Source: Ylistrum balloti (taxonomy: Eukaryota). From it: 64,000 nt of DNA. Both the position numbers and the translations under genes were made by a program. Of this stretch, positions 1 through 11,525 are shown piece after piece. The stretch spans positions 496,001 to 560,000 of the forward strand of contig NW_026782164.1 in NCBI RefSeq assembly GCF_031769215.1. The letters run 5' to 3'. Numbering within the stretch: the stretch's first letter is position 1; the number at the start of each line of letters is the position of its first letter. The notes beneath the pieces are model-generated. The model did not search any database. It was not told the origin of the DNA and saw only the letters and a program-made list of their open reading frames with translations.

Positions 1-957
1 CCAGGCTGTAGCGGCAGCAGACTGTTGAAATTTATCTTCAAACTTTAGATATATAATTCCAGCTGATCGTTCTATTCCTCCTGCAATGATAATATTTAAT
101 ACATCAAAGGGTGTTTGTTATAACTCAAAACAAAGTTGTCTCTCTTGTTCAAATCATTGCATATACAGCAATTACATGGATGATATTGATAGTCCAATAA
201 AAAAGTTTATATGTAATAATAAAACAGCCATGAATGTTCCTGGCTCCTATGAAAACCAGGACCGTGTGAGTTGTAAGACGTGGTGTTATGATACTTTGTG
301 GAAATACAACATTTACTTTGTTTATTATAGCTGAAGTCCATTGAGAGGATCTTTATATGTGATAATTGTACGGGAAGGGAAGGGACACGACTGAATGCTA
401 AGACGGGCCGGTTGGCCATGGCGTTGACATACCAGATAAAAACAGAAATAGTAACAATTAATTTCAGCATAAAAAATATTTGATCGATCATCAATGAAAT
501 ACAGTTGAAACACACAAATCAGTCTTAAACATGTGTAAATTAAACAGTTTTGAAAATATATACCTATAAAGAGGTGAACCAGCAAGCTGCCCAAAACAAT
601 GAACCATCCAAACCCTCCATCAGGGGCCATGTTTTCTTCTTCTACCTCTATCGCGGGATCATTTTCTTCATCAGACCTCTCCACTGTTCCTCTAGCTTCT
701 TTACCATCAGTCTCTCCATCCTCTGCACTGACTGTCTCCCGTAAATCTCCACTTACTAAAGGATCACGTTCCCTCACCTTTACAGGATCTTCAATGTCCA
801 ATGTTGTGTTATCTCCATCTTTCATACCACGGACAGACTGCTCTCTGATAGACGCTTTCATTTCCTGCATATTTTTATCAGTTATCGAAGTGGACTGACT
901 AGTCTCCTGTTCCTGGGTGTTATGACAGCAATGATCATCGTCTGGTCTGGTGTCCAT
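1..957 (-). CDS. Monocarboxylate transporter (SLC16/MCT family, MFS), 5' part; runs off the window start
   Basis: Coding exon 957-564 (MDTRPDD...APDGGFGWFIVLGSLLVHLFIG) ends at donor GTATAT (563). Next exon starts at 80 after TTGCAG and reads GGIERSAGIIYLKFEDKFQQSAATAW to base 1. PDGGxGW before TM1 is the SLC16 signature. A candidate upstream non-coding exon ends at donor CAG|GTGAGA (2697). Confidence 0.92.
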
Positions 958-2499
958 AATTTATAGGGTCCTTATATATATATATATACAATTATAAATC
1001 TGTTTTATATGTTTAAGGCTAAATTCAAATTTTAATAATAAAAACATTTACACATGCAATAATTTATTTTTGTGTAAAACAATCTTAACTTCATGCAATA
1101 TGTAGAGTATGAATTCCTTTGTGTACATCGTATGCATTTTGATATATAAAACATACACGCAACAATAAAAAAAAAGCTAAAAATAAAAAAAAAACTTCAA
1201 AGAAGTGTCATTAATAGAAACTCTCATTTAGAAAATATGAAATAATCATCCCCTGAAAAGGGAACATTGACCCTATTTTTCAAAGAATTGTATACTTTTA
1301 CAGTACAGGGAAACAGTACTTACAAGATGTGAATAAAGCATTATAAAAACTACGCTGTACTGTTGCAGATTTTACAGTGTTGTGAACTGTTGACATTAAT
1401 TTATGTAAATTATATTTACCACCCATAAAATATATTTCGAAAAAGACTTATTTCAATTCATATCTTATAAAATTTGCTTAAAAGGTGTGTCAGACAAGAT
1501 TTCTATTCAGGGAAGATATGAAGACCTAATTCGTTACGATGGCGTCATGAAGTATTAACTCTTCAAAGTGAAATACATATATATTGACAATTGCTGGTGT
1601 TTCTATGCCATGCACTGTAGCATATGTATATATATATAACTGTATACTCTCAACACATGGTGCAACAATAAAATACTCCTGATTTTATCTTTTTTTTTTC
1701 AAAAATAAATTTTCATTGCAGAATAAGACCAATGGTCCAATCCTCACTTGACACAGTAAGGACAGAATTACGACAGTGAATAATGCACTAAAAGTGATAC
1801 TATCAACATTTTAAAAACACCAGTTGTACATATTGCAGTATGTTTATTTATTTATCTATTTATTGTAGATATCGATATGGTATAGTGATATAATTTGGAA
1901 AATACAATAACATATACCATTGTATTTTTTAAACACTACTTTTTACATGGCAATTTACAGTGTGTAGTTAAATCGTAAATTTCAAAATGTGTTCAGTTTT
2001 CGTTTTTCTTCACTAATACACACAAAATCTTGATCATTTGATTTTTTAAGACACGTCTATCACTTTACCACCACGTGACATAATTTTACATATCCTAATC
2101 ACTCAAAACTAATGATGTTAAGGCAGTGTAGTGGAAACTACATATGTCTATGTACGATTTACCTCCATTGGACAGTATAAGGTCAATCCATTGTGTATAA
2201 GTAAATCTATTAGATACAAGTTTGTTATTCATACATGAGGGTTTATCTGTAAGGGGTTAAATACAAGACTGTCTTATAATTTTACCTACACAACTATTGT
2301 GTTGTATCCGTATATCACACCTGAAATATTTGTGTTGTGCTGACTTGTACATATATCAATGTATCGGTAAGCAGCTTCATAATTATCAATTTAAAATTAT
2401 TTTTCAAATTTACAGTTTTTCTATATTTCCTTTATCTCGAAAGACATCGTATGGTGTTTAATTGGTTTTGTATTAATTTATATTTTTCTGATTCAGAAA

Positions 2500-3029
2500 A
2501 CAACGGCACGCGACGCTTTAAAGTCACAAGCTCCCGGCTAGAGCGACGTGAATAAACGGACTCGTTGACGGTCACGACTCATCTAAACAAAGAAATGTTC
2601 AAATATAACTACAATAGTACTAAACCCACAATTTATATATATTTGTAAATATTAAAGGTTGGTATAACTTTGAGAATCTAAATAATAAAATCTCACCTGA
2701 AGGGTAGGCTTCACTTTACCACCACACATGCGGGTCACACATGCACACTCGTTATCTGGTATATTCTGATGCAACTGTATCACATCAAACCGATCAGACA
2801 TCGTGTATATATCTGATATACCTTTTTAAGGATAAAAAATCTTATTGCCTCCTAAACAACAGCATTTTCACCTCTAAATTGATTATGCGTATACAATTAT
2901 GTCCACCTCCAGAATTCCGGATATTCGTCCTTGTAGTTACTACGTTTACATAACCAAATGCTACATCCGGATTCTCCTTACTGAAAACATTAAGACGAAA
3001 TGAAATGACAATTTTTATATAAAGCAGAC
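2500..3029. promoter_or_regulatory. Putative bidirectional promoter between the MCT gene (-) and RABGGTB (+)
   Basis: Locally CpG-richer segment lying between a minus-strand splice donor (2692-2696) and the RABGGTB ATG (3030); E-box-like CACATG repeats near 2725-2745. TSSs not directly visible. Confidence 0.5.
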
Positions 3030-6000
3030 ATGGTAAGCATTTTCATAACTTTACATGCTTAGAATATCGGTTAAACTAGCCACCTGAAGGACATGGTCAA
3101 TTCTTTGAGAAGAGTGTTCCATATTTCATTGCATAATCCAGTTTAACCACACCTGAATATGACAACATGACCACCGTCGCGATCATTTTAAAGACATTTT
3201 ACACTTGTCGTAGTCTATTGAGGAGATGTATAGCGCTCAAGTAGAATCTGAGAGATCTCTTGATGCGGTTTGGTTTCTCCTGGGCGATATTATTTCATAT
3301 GTTTTGATATTAGGTTATTCTTTGCTGGCCATACCTGATACATTAATACTTCAACTTGTGTAGACGGCTTAGGCTCGTACTTTACAATGCAAATAGATAG
3401 ATATATGTTACAAAAAGCTCCAAACAGGACATGCATTTAAAGCCACTACATGTCCTGGGCTGTTTCCATAGATACCTGTAATTTTACCTATGTGACATAA
3501 AGTACATGTTAAGCCCTTATCTTGTGAAGATAATTTCTTTTTTTAACAATTGTTCTTAAGTATTGTGCTTACAAAAAGGAAAAACAAAGACAATCCTACT
3601 AATCCTTGATTGTTTTAGTTGTAATGACATGCATGCATTGATCAGGTTATTCCTATTAATATCCAATTAAGATTGTTACCGGAAAGAGAATAGTGTGCTT
3701 CCACCAAAGGAGAGGAGGAAACCCACGACCATTGAGCTAACTAAAGGAGAATTGCATTTATTTATGGTACTCAAAAGTTTTAGTCTTTGGCCCTTTATTA
3801 ATATTTTCATAAATCTTTAATGTAGGGTACACCAATAAAAGATGTTGTGATACCAGACAGTGCTCAGAAAACCTTACTGCTACAGAAACATTGTGACTAT
3901 ATAGCTGCATATGGAACAAAGAAAGATGACTATGTGAGTATATGTACTGGTCTGCCCTATGTCATATAGGTATGTGTGTATCACTTTCATGATGTTTTGT
4001 TTTTAATAGGTTAAATTAGAAATCTATAGTTCCTTTTGACATGTAGGTAAAACATTTCTGATCTGATATAATATCGTGAAAACTGATCTATTTCAAATTT
4101 ACTTACAAATCAAATTATCATGTTACAATTAGAATAAAGAAAATGTATTGTATGATACATATATGTATCATAAACAGAAGAGAGAATTGTTTGTATATAA
4201 TTTAAATATCAATGATGAGATTACAAATTTTTGATTCCTGTAATTCAATTATGAAGGTAATTATATCATCATTGTGAGGGATGTTTGTTTATTAAGTTAC
4301 ATATATAGATAATGTTTTTGTAATCAATGATACATGTATTGACATTTGCAGGAGTACTGTATTACAGAGTACCTGCGAATGAGTGGCATGTACTGGGGCT
4401 TGACTGTGATGGATTTGATGGGACAGCTTCATCGCATGGACAAGGACCAGGTTCTACAGTTTGTTCAGCAGTGTCAACATGAGTGTGGTGGAATCAGTGC
4501 AAGTATAGGTCATGACCCTCATCTCTTGTACACGCTTAGTGCAATACAGGTAGGTCACTAACCTAATCTTCAATGGTCACTGTTCTTTAAGAAGGTCATT
4601 GCCTTAATCTCCTGTAATCACTGTCATACAAGTAAGTCTTGACTACTCCTCATGTACGCTCTTAGTGCAAATAAGATTTGGATACATTGTAGGTCACAAC
4701 TTTATCTCCTAAATGTTATATGGGTAGGTCACAACACTGTACATACATTAATGCTGTATAGTTAGGTCCTCACAGTACTTAAAACAGCATCACAGTAAAC
4801 CCAACTTTTTTACTGATTTTTATTTTAAAATTGCATTTATATTAAGTGTATCACCTTATGAGAAATGACACATGGTGGTAGCTGAAATATGCACATAAAG
4901 AGGTTCATAATTACGAATTCTGAATTGACTAAGAGTTATCAAATAACTTTTGCCACACCCATAACAAAATCTAGTACTGAAAAAGGGGATTTTATTTACT
5001 GTGTCCAGGGTTTTCCATAATTGTGTTAGTAGTAAGCTGTGTAGTAAAAGTAGGAGGCTGGCCTGCCGTGTATGTGTAGTCGTGTATGGACATTATTACG
5101 GAACTGGATAGGTGTAGGCGGCCAAATTATCAAAGTAGGCGGTCAAATTGGCCGGCGACCGTCTCTTATGGAAAACCCTGTGTGTCACTTAACTGTCACT
5201 GTTCTTTCTGTCTGCCATCATGTGTTAATGTTTACAAAATGAATTGCCTTGTTTCAAAAAATACTTCATAATGTTATCAGCGCTAAATTTGAGAGGGGTT
5301 TCCCGAACCAAAGAGGTGGTCAAGCTGGACATTGGCATGTGACTATTGGGATAGCATAGACACATAAATGAAAATATAAAAGCACTTGTAATAAAAAATA
5401 AAATTAATGTTTTTACCATGATGTCCCTTTAAACTTACTGACTTAGTTAGCTCTCTAATGTATTCTAGTCAGGTAAGTTACCTGCACACACTTTCAAGTT
5501 AATGTTTATAAAACAGGTATATAACGATAATTCACACACAAAAAAAAACCCTCATTCTTCTACACATGTCACTCAACACTAAACACACAGTACACAGATA
5601 GCAGACCAGGGGCCTGTGATAATCTGGACACATTTGATCTCCTGGCCAAAATAGTCCAGATTATAGAACTGGCCAGTCTAGCTGGAGTTATCACCCTTGA
5701 TTATATCACAATAAAGTTGTCAGTATGATGTTGTTGGTTATATTCAGAATGTCTTTGTAGTTTTACAAAGAGACATATATATATATTTATATATAGTGTC
5801 TTTTATGGTCTTATTTTTATTTTTTTTAGATAATTGTATATGAATTAAAGTTTTCCAAGAGAAAAGTTGTTTTTATTCATTTGTATATGATACTGCAGAT
5901 GGCTCATTCAATGTCTACTTGTGATCTTTTCCTCAAAAAATATCTAATTATTATAATATATAATAATGTAATAGGATAAGATAATAATTGGGAATTAATT

Positions 6001-9000
6001 AATTAATTAGGAATAATGATAATTTAATATAATATGCATTGTATACAGTGTATTCATATATGTTTTTGACATAATTTGGATGCTAATTCTCTATTTGCCA
6101 AAAACAAGTTATTGTCATCTGGAACTATTCGATTATTGGAATCAGATGAGTCACTTTTTACTGCATGATGAGCACTTACAATTGTACCCTTCATATACAG
6201 AGAAATAAAATGCTGCAATGTAAAAGCGAACAATAATTTTTTTTTTCTTTTGGTTCACTTTCTTATAAATCACTGATACAATGGATATCTGTACCATGTT
6301 TTCCTGTGTTAAAAAGGGTGTGGCAAATAAGTAGAAATATTGAATAAGGATTTCCCCATTTTTTTTCTAAAGTTTTCCCTTGTATTCCTAAGATTTATAT
6401 CAAATGTAAATTACATCTTTTCTTTATATTAAATCTTGATACTATCAGCGTTTAAAATCGTATGATCCTACGGAACAACAATAACGTATCTCTCTGTATG
6501 GAACTTGTCATGTACATGTATAAACATTTGATAATTCAGCATTAATTATCATACATTTGAAAACAGGAAAGGACTAAGACTTTCTCTTCAATGTTTCCTT
6601 TACTATTAATTCAAACGGGCCTGCATATAAGTTCTGTTAACGCTAGCACAAGTTTCAGAAGTAAAAGCTTCAGGCAATGATCTGCAGCAGTCATTATGAC
6701 TATGCATGGTGTCAAGAGGCATGGTGTACACCTCTGATACAGGTGACTGAACACAACAGATTTTCTTCTTATCATTAAAAAAAAAATTATACTGGCTACT
6801 GTCATTTTGAAAAGTTTATTATTATTATTTATTATTACTAAAATATTTCCATAACCAGCATCTAAATTTCCTGACTGATTAGTACAATTAACATTACAGA
6901 AATCAATTCTCCATCATTTCCATCCAGTTTATGCATTTTCTGCACTGTTGACATCTGGATTATCTTGAATCCACTGTATATCAATTACATGCCATACAAA
7001 TAGGTTATAAATCCCACTTTCTCAGCAGTCAGCAACTTATAAATGTTGCACCCAGTGTATACACAATGTAGGAGGGATTCTTCTCACTCCCTTATTTCTG
7101 AAACACTATATCTGCCTAATTCAAGTAAAACCTGCTACAGGTAAGTCACAACCCTCAAGTTTGTGATGCGAAATGAGAAGGTCACAGTTATTTGATACAA
7201 TGAATAAACCAGCCAAGTAGGTCACAAGTATCTGGTACATTAACCATACTATATATGATTTGTATTTAGTTATTGAGATTTTTTGCAATGGTTGGTTGGT
7301 ACTTTTTAAATTAGTAATTCTCTCTTGATTCAAATTTTACTTTTTCCTCTGTTTCCCAGATTTTGACTCTATATGATGCTGTCGATGTTGTGAATGTGGA
7401 GAAGGTTGTGGAATATATTCGCTCTCTACAACAGGATGATGGCAGTTTCTATGGTGACAAATGGGGTGAGAACAAACATACAGAAAAGTTTCAAGTTATA
7501 ACAGTTCCTGTATAGTTCTCATATCAATACACAATAAAATGCACATAACATATAACATGTTATATAATATAATGATAATAAAATAATAATATTATAATAT
7601 TATATATGTACACAAGTTGTAAGCTGTAAGAACTACTGAAGTTTGATTTTGATGAGATTAAACATCTTGATTTTCAGGCGAGGTGGACACAAGATTTTCC
7701 TTTTGTGCTGTGGCCTGCCTATCACTACTGGTAAGTCAAATAATTATATGATGTACAGGACTACATAATGATAATGTATGGTAAGACCTGAATTAAATTT
7801 GAAATTGATTTCATGAAAAATGTATACATATATATTCTGCAAACAATATTTGACAATATACAAAACTATTTTCACTTGTCACTTTCACATGTTTTGTTGT
7901 GTCCCATTGTAGTTTTTATAGGTCAGAAGGTCAGAGATTAAGCTTGCATGAGGCTATTTTGTAGCACCAACATGTAGCAGATATTTTTATTGAAACAATT
8001 TGACAGTATTGACTTGCTTTTACACTATGGAATGTGAGGTACAGTTTATTTACTTTATACTTGCATGAAATATGTTCATTTTTTTTATAAAGTGCAAACA
8101 AATTCAGTTCCATTATTTTCAACAATCCCAAATACTCCACTGAAAATAAAAAATTAGTTAGCTCCCTTAGTTTAATGCTAAACAGAAAAATGTGGGGGAA
8201 AAAATGAATAGCAACAAAATTGAGAGTAGCTATTCTAATGGCAATAATCTGTACCTTGTAATATATGTAATGCCTTTTACTGTAGCTGTTCATTGTATGT
8301 TAATAAGGGTCGGCTGGATGCAATAGATGTAGATACCACTATAGAATTTGTGGTGACCTGTATGAACTTTGACGGTGGATTCGGATGTCGCCCAGGCAGT
8401 GAGTCCCATGCTGGCCAGATCTACTGCTGTGTGGGGACCTTGGCCATCACCGGTCACCTCCACCTTATCAGTGCTGACCTCCTAGGCTGGTGGCTCTGTG
8501 AACGCCAGCTTCCCTCAGGGGGCCTTAATGGTAAGACTGTCAGTTTTGTTTTTTGTCATATAGATAAAGTAAGTGTTGTGTTGAATTGTATACAACATGA
8601 CTGTATTGTATCAATCAACTGGTGAGTAATTTGAACGAAATGTGATCAAATAATAACTTGTGGAAATAAATTTTCTTTCTAATATTATGTTTTTTCATTT
8701 TTATAATTCATTGAACATATCTTTCTACATTCTTATAGTAAAGAAAAACACCTTTTTCATTTAAGAATGATGTTGCATTTTAAAATCTTGATTTCAGGTC
8801 GACCTGAAAAGCTGCCAGATGTATGTTACTCTTGGTGGGTGCTTGCTTCTCTCAAAATTATTGGCAAGATCCACTGGATAGACAAGGTATTTCTAATGTT
8901 GTGTATTATCATTTTGTCTTACATTATTATATGCTATGTTGGAAATTCTTGTGCCAATTCTCCTGTTGACTTTTCATTCTGAAAACCTTTCTTTCTTAAT

Positions 9001-9822
9001 ATGACTGTTGTCTACCACTCTATTACCTTATTTACAACTGTAGGTTCTTTTTTCTTCACTGATTACAGGTTTGCTTTCATTATCTGAATCAATAGTGTCA
9101 TTAAGAGTTTTGGATTTTATTCCTGTCAACAGAATAACAAATAACCTGATCATGGTTTTCAGACAAGAAAAATAGTTTTTTATCCATATGAGTTATTGCA
9201 AATACTTTTGTTTCAGGAAAAGCTTGAGAAGTTTATATTAGCATGTCAAGATGATGAAACAGGGGGCATATCTGACAGACCAGGTGATGTGGTGAGTTAC
9301 ACACTCAGAAATTTGTCATTTTATCTTAGGCTGATTGTAAATAAAGCATTTTATTACATTTTTGTGCAACAAAAACAAGACCAGAAACCTTGAAGGGTTG
9401 TTTACTTGTAAGACAACTTTCAATTCCCTGATAAATTTTCATTTCAATGGAAGTCAGCAAACAAGGCAAGCCAGTAACTTTAATAACCTTATCAGATGTC
9501 AAACCAATTCTGCAACCAAACATCTTTAAAGGGGAGCAATACACTTAATGAAGATATATGTCATTGACATGAACGTTTTACAGAAAAGTTTGTTTGTTAG
9601 TGACATGAATGAATGATATTTTCTATGTGAATATGAAAAGAGATTATATTGAAATTTATATTTGTGTGTATATATTTTTTGCAGGTTGACCCCTTTCACA
9701 CTTTATTTGGTGTATGTGGCCTGTCTTTGCTGGGCAATGAAAACATTAAGAATGTGAACCCTGTGTATTGTATGCCTGAGGAAGTGATACAGCGTGTGGG
9801 AATAAGACTTGAACTGTTGTGA
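3030..9822 (+). CDS. RABGGTB: Rab geranylgeranyltransferase (GGTase-II) beta subunit, complete, 330 aa
   Basis: Exons 3030-3032 (ATG only), 3826-3933, 4352-4549, 7360-7465, 7678-7730, 8308-8530, 8798-8886, 9217-9291, 9685-9822; all GT-AG; total 993 nt in frame. Translation [11 protein letters not shown]...[12 protein letters not shown]...[20 protein letters not shown]...[13 protein letters not shown]...VDPFHTLFG matches RABGGTB, including the Zn-ligand motifs DVC and DPFH. Confidence 0.98.
5006..5180. mobile_element. 175-bp MITE (hAT-like CAGGG termini) in RABGGTB intron 3
   Basis: Perfect 15-bp TIRs CAGGGTTTTCCATAA (5006-5020) / TTATGGAAAACCCTG (5166-5180), flanked by direct repeat TGTGTC (5000-5005, 5181-5186). 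Confidence 0.8.
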
Positions 9823-10568
9823 TAACTTAGTGTGATTTTATGTTATGTCTGTCTGTCTGTCTGTCTATTTCTTGATAATGCAGTGGTAGTAATTATTACA
9901 TGCTGAAACTTTGTAACAGAGTAAATGTGGAGTAAATTGCATGTAAGGACACCAGCCAATCAATGTATAGGATAGGATATATTGATCAGGATGTTCTTCT
10001 GCAAGCAAGTGAATTTTAAGGAATTTTCTAATTACTTTAGATCAAGTGAAATATATTATCTGAAATAATGACAGGATCCAGTATGATTATGAGGGAACTA
10101 AATCTGTTTAGGTCAGAACAGTGGATGAATGTTATTTATTTAATGGTATATTTGCAATTTTACTTTTGATTAAGTTTATCTGATTTGTATCATGAATGAG
10201 AGCTCATTATAATTATATGATCAGCATGCTGCTTAGTGTAGTATGAGTGTAGGTGTTTTTAATTCTATCTTTTATCTTCCAATGTAAAAAAAATGTACGG
10301 ATGAAGGATGATCTACGCAGTAACTGAATTACTTGTTTTGATATTGATAATGTTTCAAAGTCAAGCAAAGCATTGTTTCTTAATGTAACAGTAGATTATA
10401 AACTGTTGAAATCTATTAACACACATTTTGAGTGAAGAAAAGTTAAGAAGATGTTCATATGTTGGAAATGTATTTGGGAAATCTATCCAGAAGAGTTGAT
10501 AGTTTAATATGGATGTTCATGAGGTTTCAGTGTATGCGAGTATGTACATGTTTATTGAAGCAAAGACG

Positions 10569-10574
10569 AATAAA
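10569..10574 (+). terminator. Candidate polyadenylation signal of RABGGTB
   Basis: First AATAAA I found downstream of the RABGGTB stop (about 750 nt after it). Confidence 0.4.
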
Positions 10575-10960
10575 AGACGAACAGAAATCCAAATTTCATT
10601 GATGCAACCCAGCAAGTTTAATGAACGTACAGCTGAAGAAATGCCATGTCAAACCAGACGTGGTACTTTTTGAGTCGGGGTGCAAGGGGTATGAGTATTA
10701 TATGATAATATCCTTATTAGTAATAAATTTGTGGTCATGATTTAAACAAAAATAAGAAGAATTGTACAATTGTCTATGTACAAAAATAGATACGTATAAA
10801 AGGTAACACAAACGGTAATTGAAATGAAGAAAAATTTATGCAAATGAGCCTCTACCATAGATACGTTGTACATGTGGTAGTTTTCATGAATATCATGTTT
10901 GATTCCGATTCATTGATTGTTTAGTAGATCAATTTCAGTATTTCTCCCCTTTAGACAACT

Positions 10961-11004
10961 CCCCCCACCCCCCACCCCCCACCCACCCCCCACCTACCCC
11001 TCCC
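10961..11004. repeat. C-rich low-complexity tract (G-quadruplex-capable on the minus strand)
   Basis: CCCCCCACCCCCCACCCCCCACCCACCCCCCACCTACCCCTCCC, between the convergent 3' ends of RABGGTB and EF-hand gene 1. Confidence 0.8.
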
Positions 11005-11525
11005 AAAGATATGTCAATTATCAGCAATTTGTGTGTTGATATAGCGCATGCTTTTTGATCAGTCTATGTTACATGATTATATTCTGTTTAACTAGTACAT
11101 ACTTGAATACTAATGTCGCACAAGTTATTTTACTAGTTGTTGATCGTCTTATTTATAATAAAATGAATACCATATGTTGAAAACCTGGTTCTTTTTGTAT
11201 CGGTTGAAATTCAAGGTTATCAGAGATCACAATACTGTTGCTTTTAATCCGTACTCGGTCGGAAAGCTGTTAGCAGCTCTTTTATGAAAATATTTTCTAT
11301 CTAACCCCCGATGTCTGTTCGTTGTCAATTATCTTTGTATTTTGCCATCTGCTTATGAGTGTTAATGTTTGTTTTTTACTTATCTTTAAACCTTTCGCAT
11401 AAAGCGTTTTCAACTGAAACATATGCTGGCAACAAAAAGATTTTTATTTTTTTTTCGCAAAAGCTTGTTTAATTATTCTAATGTGATATGATGTTCACGA
11501 CTGTATCCTTTGGTTGGCGATGTCT

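Noticed and set aside
325-957. 210-aa single-exon ORF
   Set aside because: Homology stops at ...HLFIG where a GT donor occurs; the rest is intron read-through. The true next exon starts at 80.
3033-9684. Intronic C/D snoRNAs (vertebrate RABGGTB hosts SNORD45)
   Set aside because: I found no GCTCTAGAATTAC-like 18S guide and no RTGATGA...CTGA pair with a terminal stem (candidates near 4212 and 6165 fail). An Infernal/snoscan run would be decisive.
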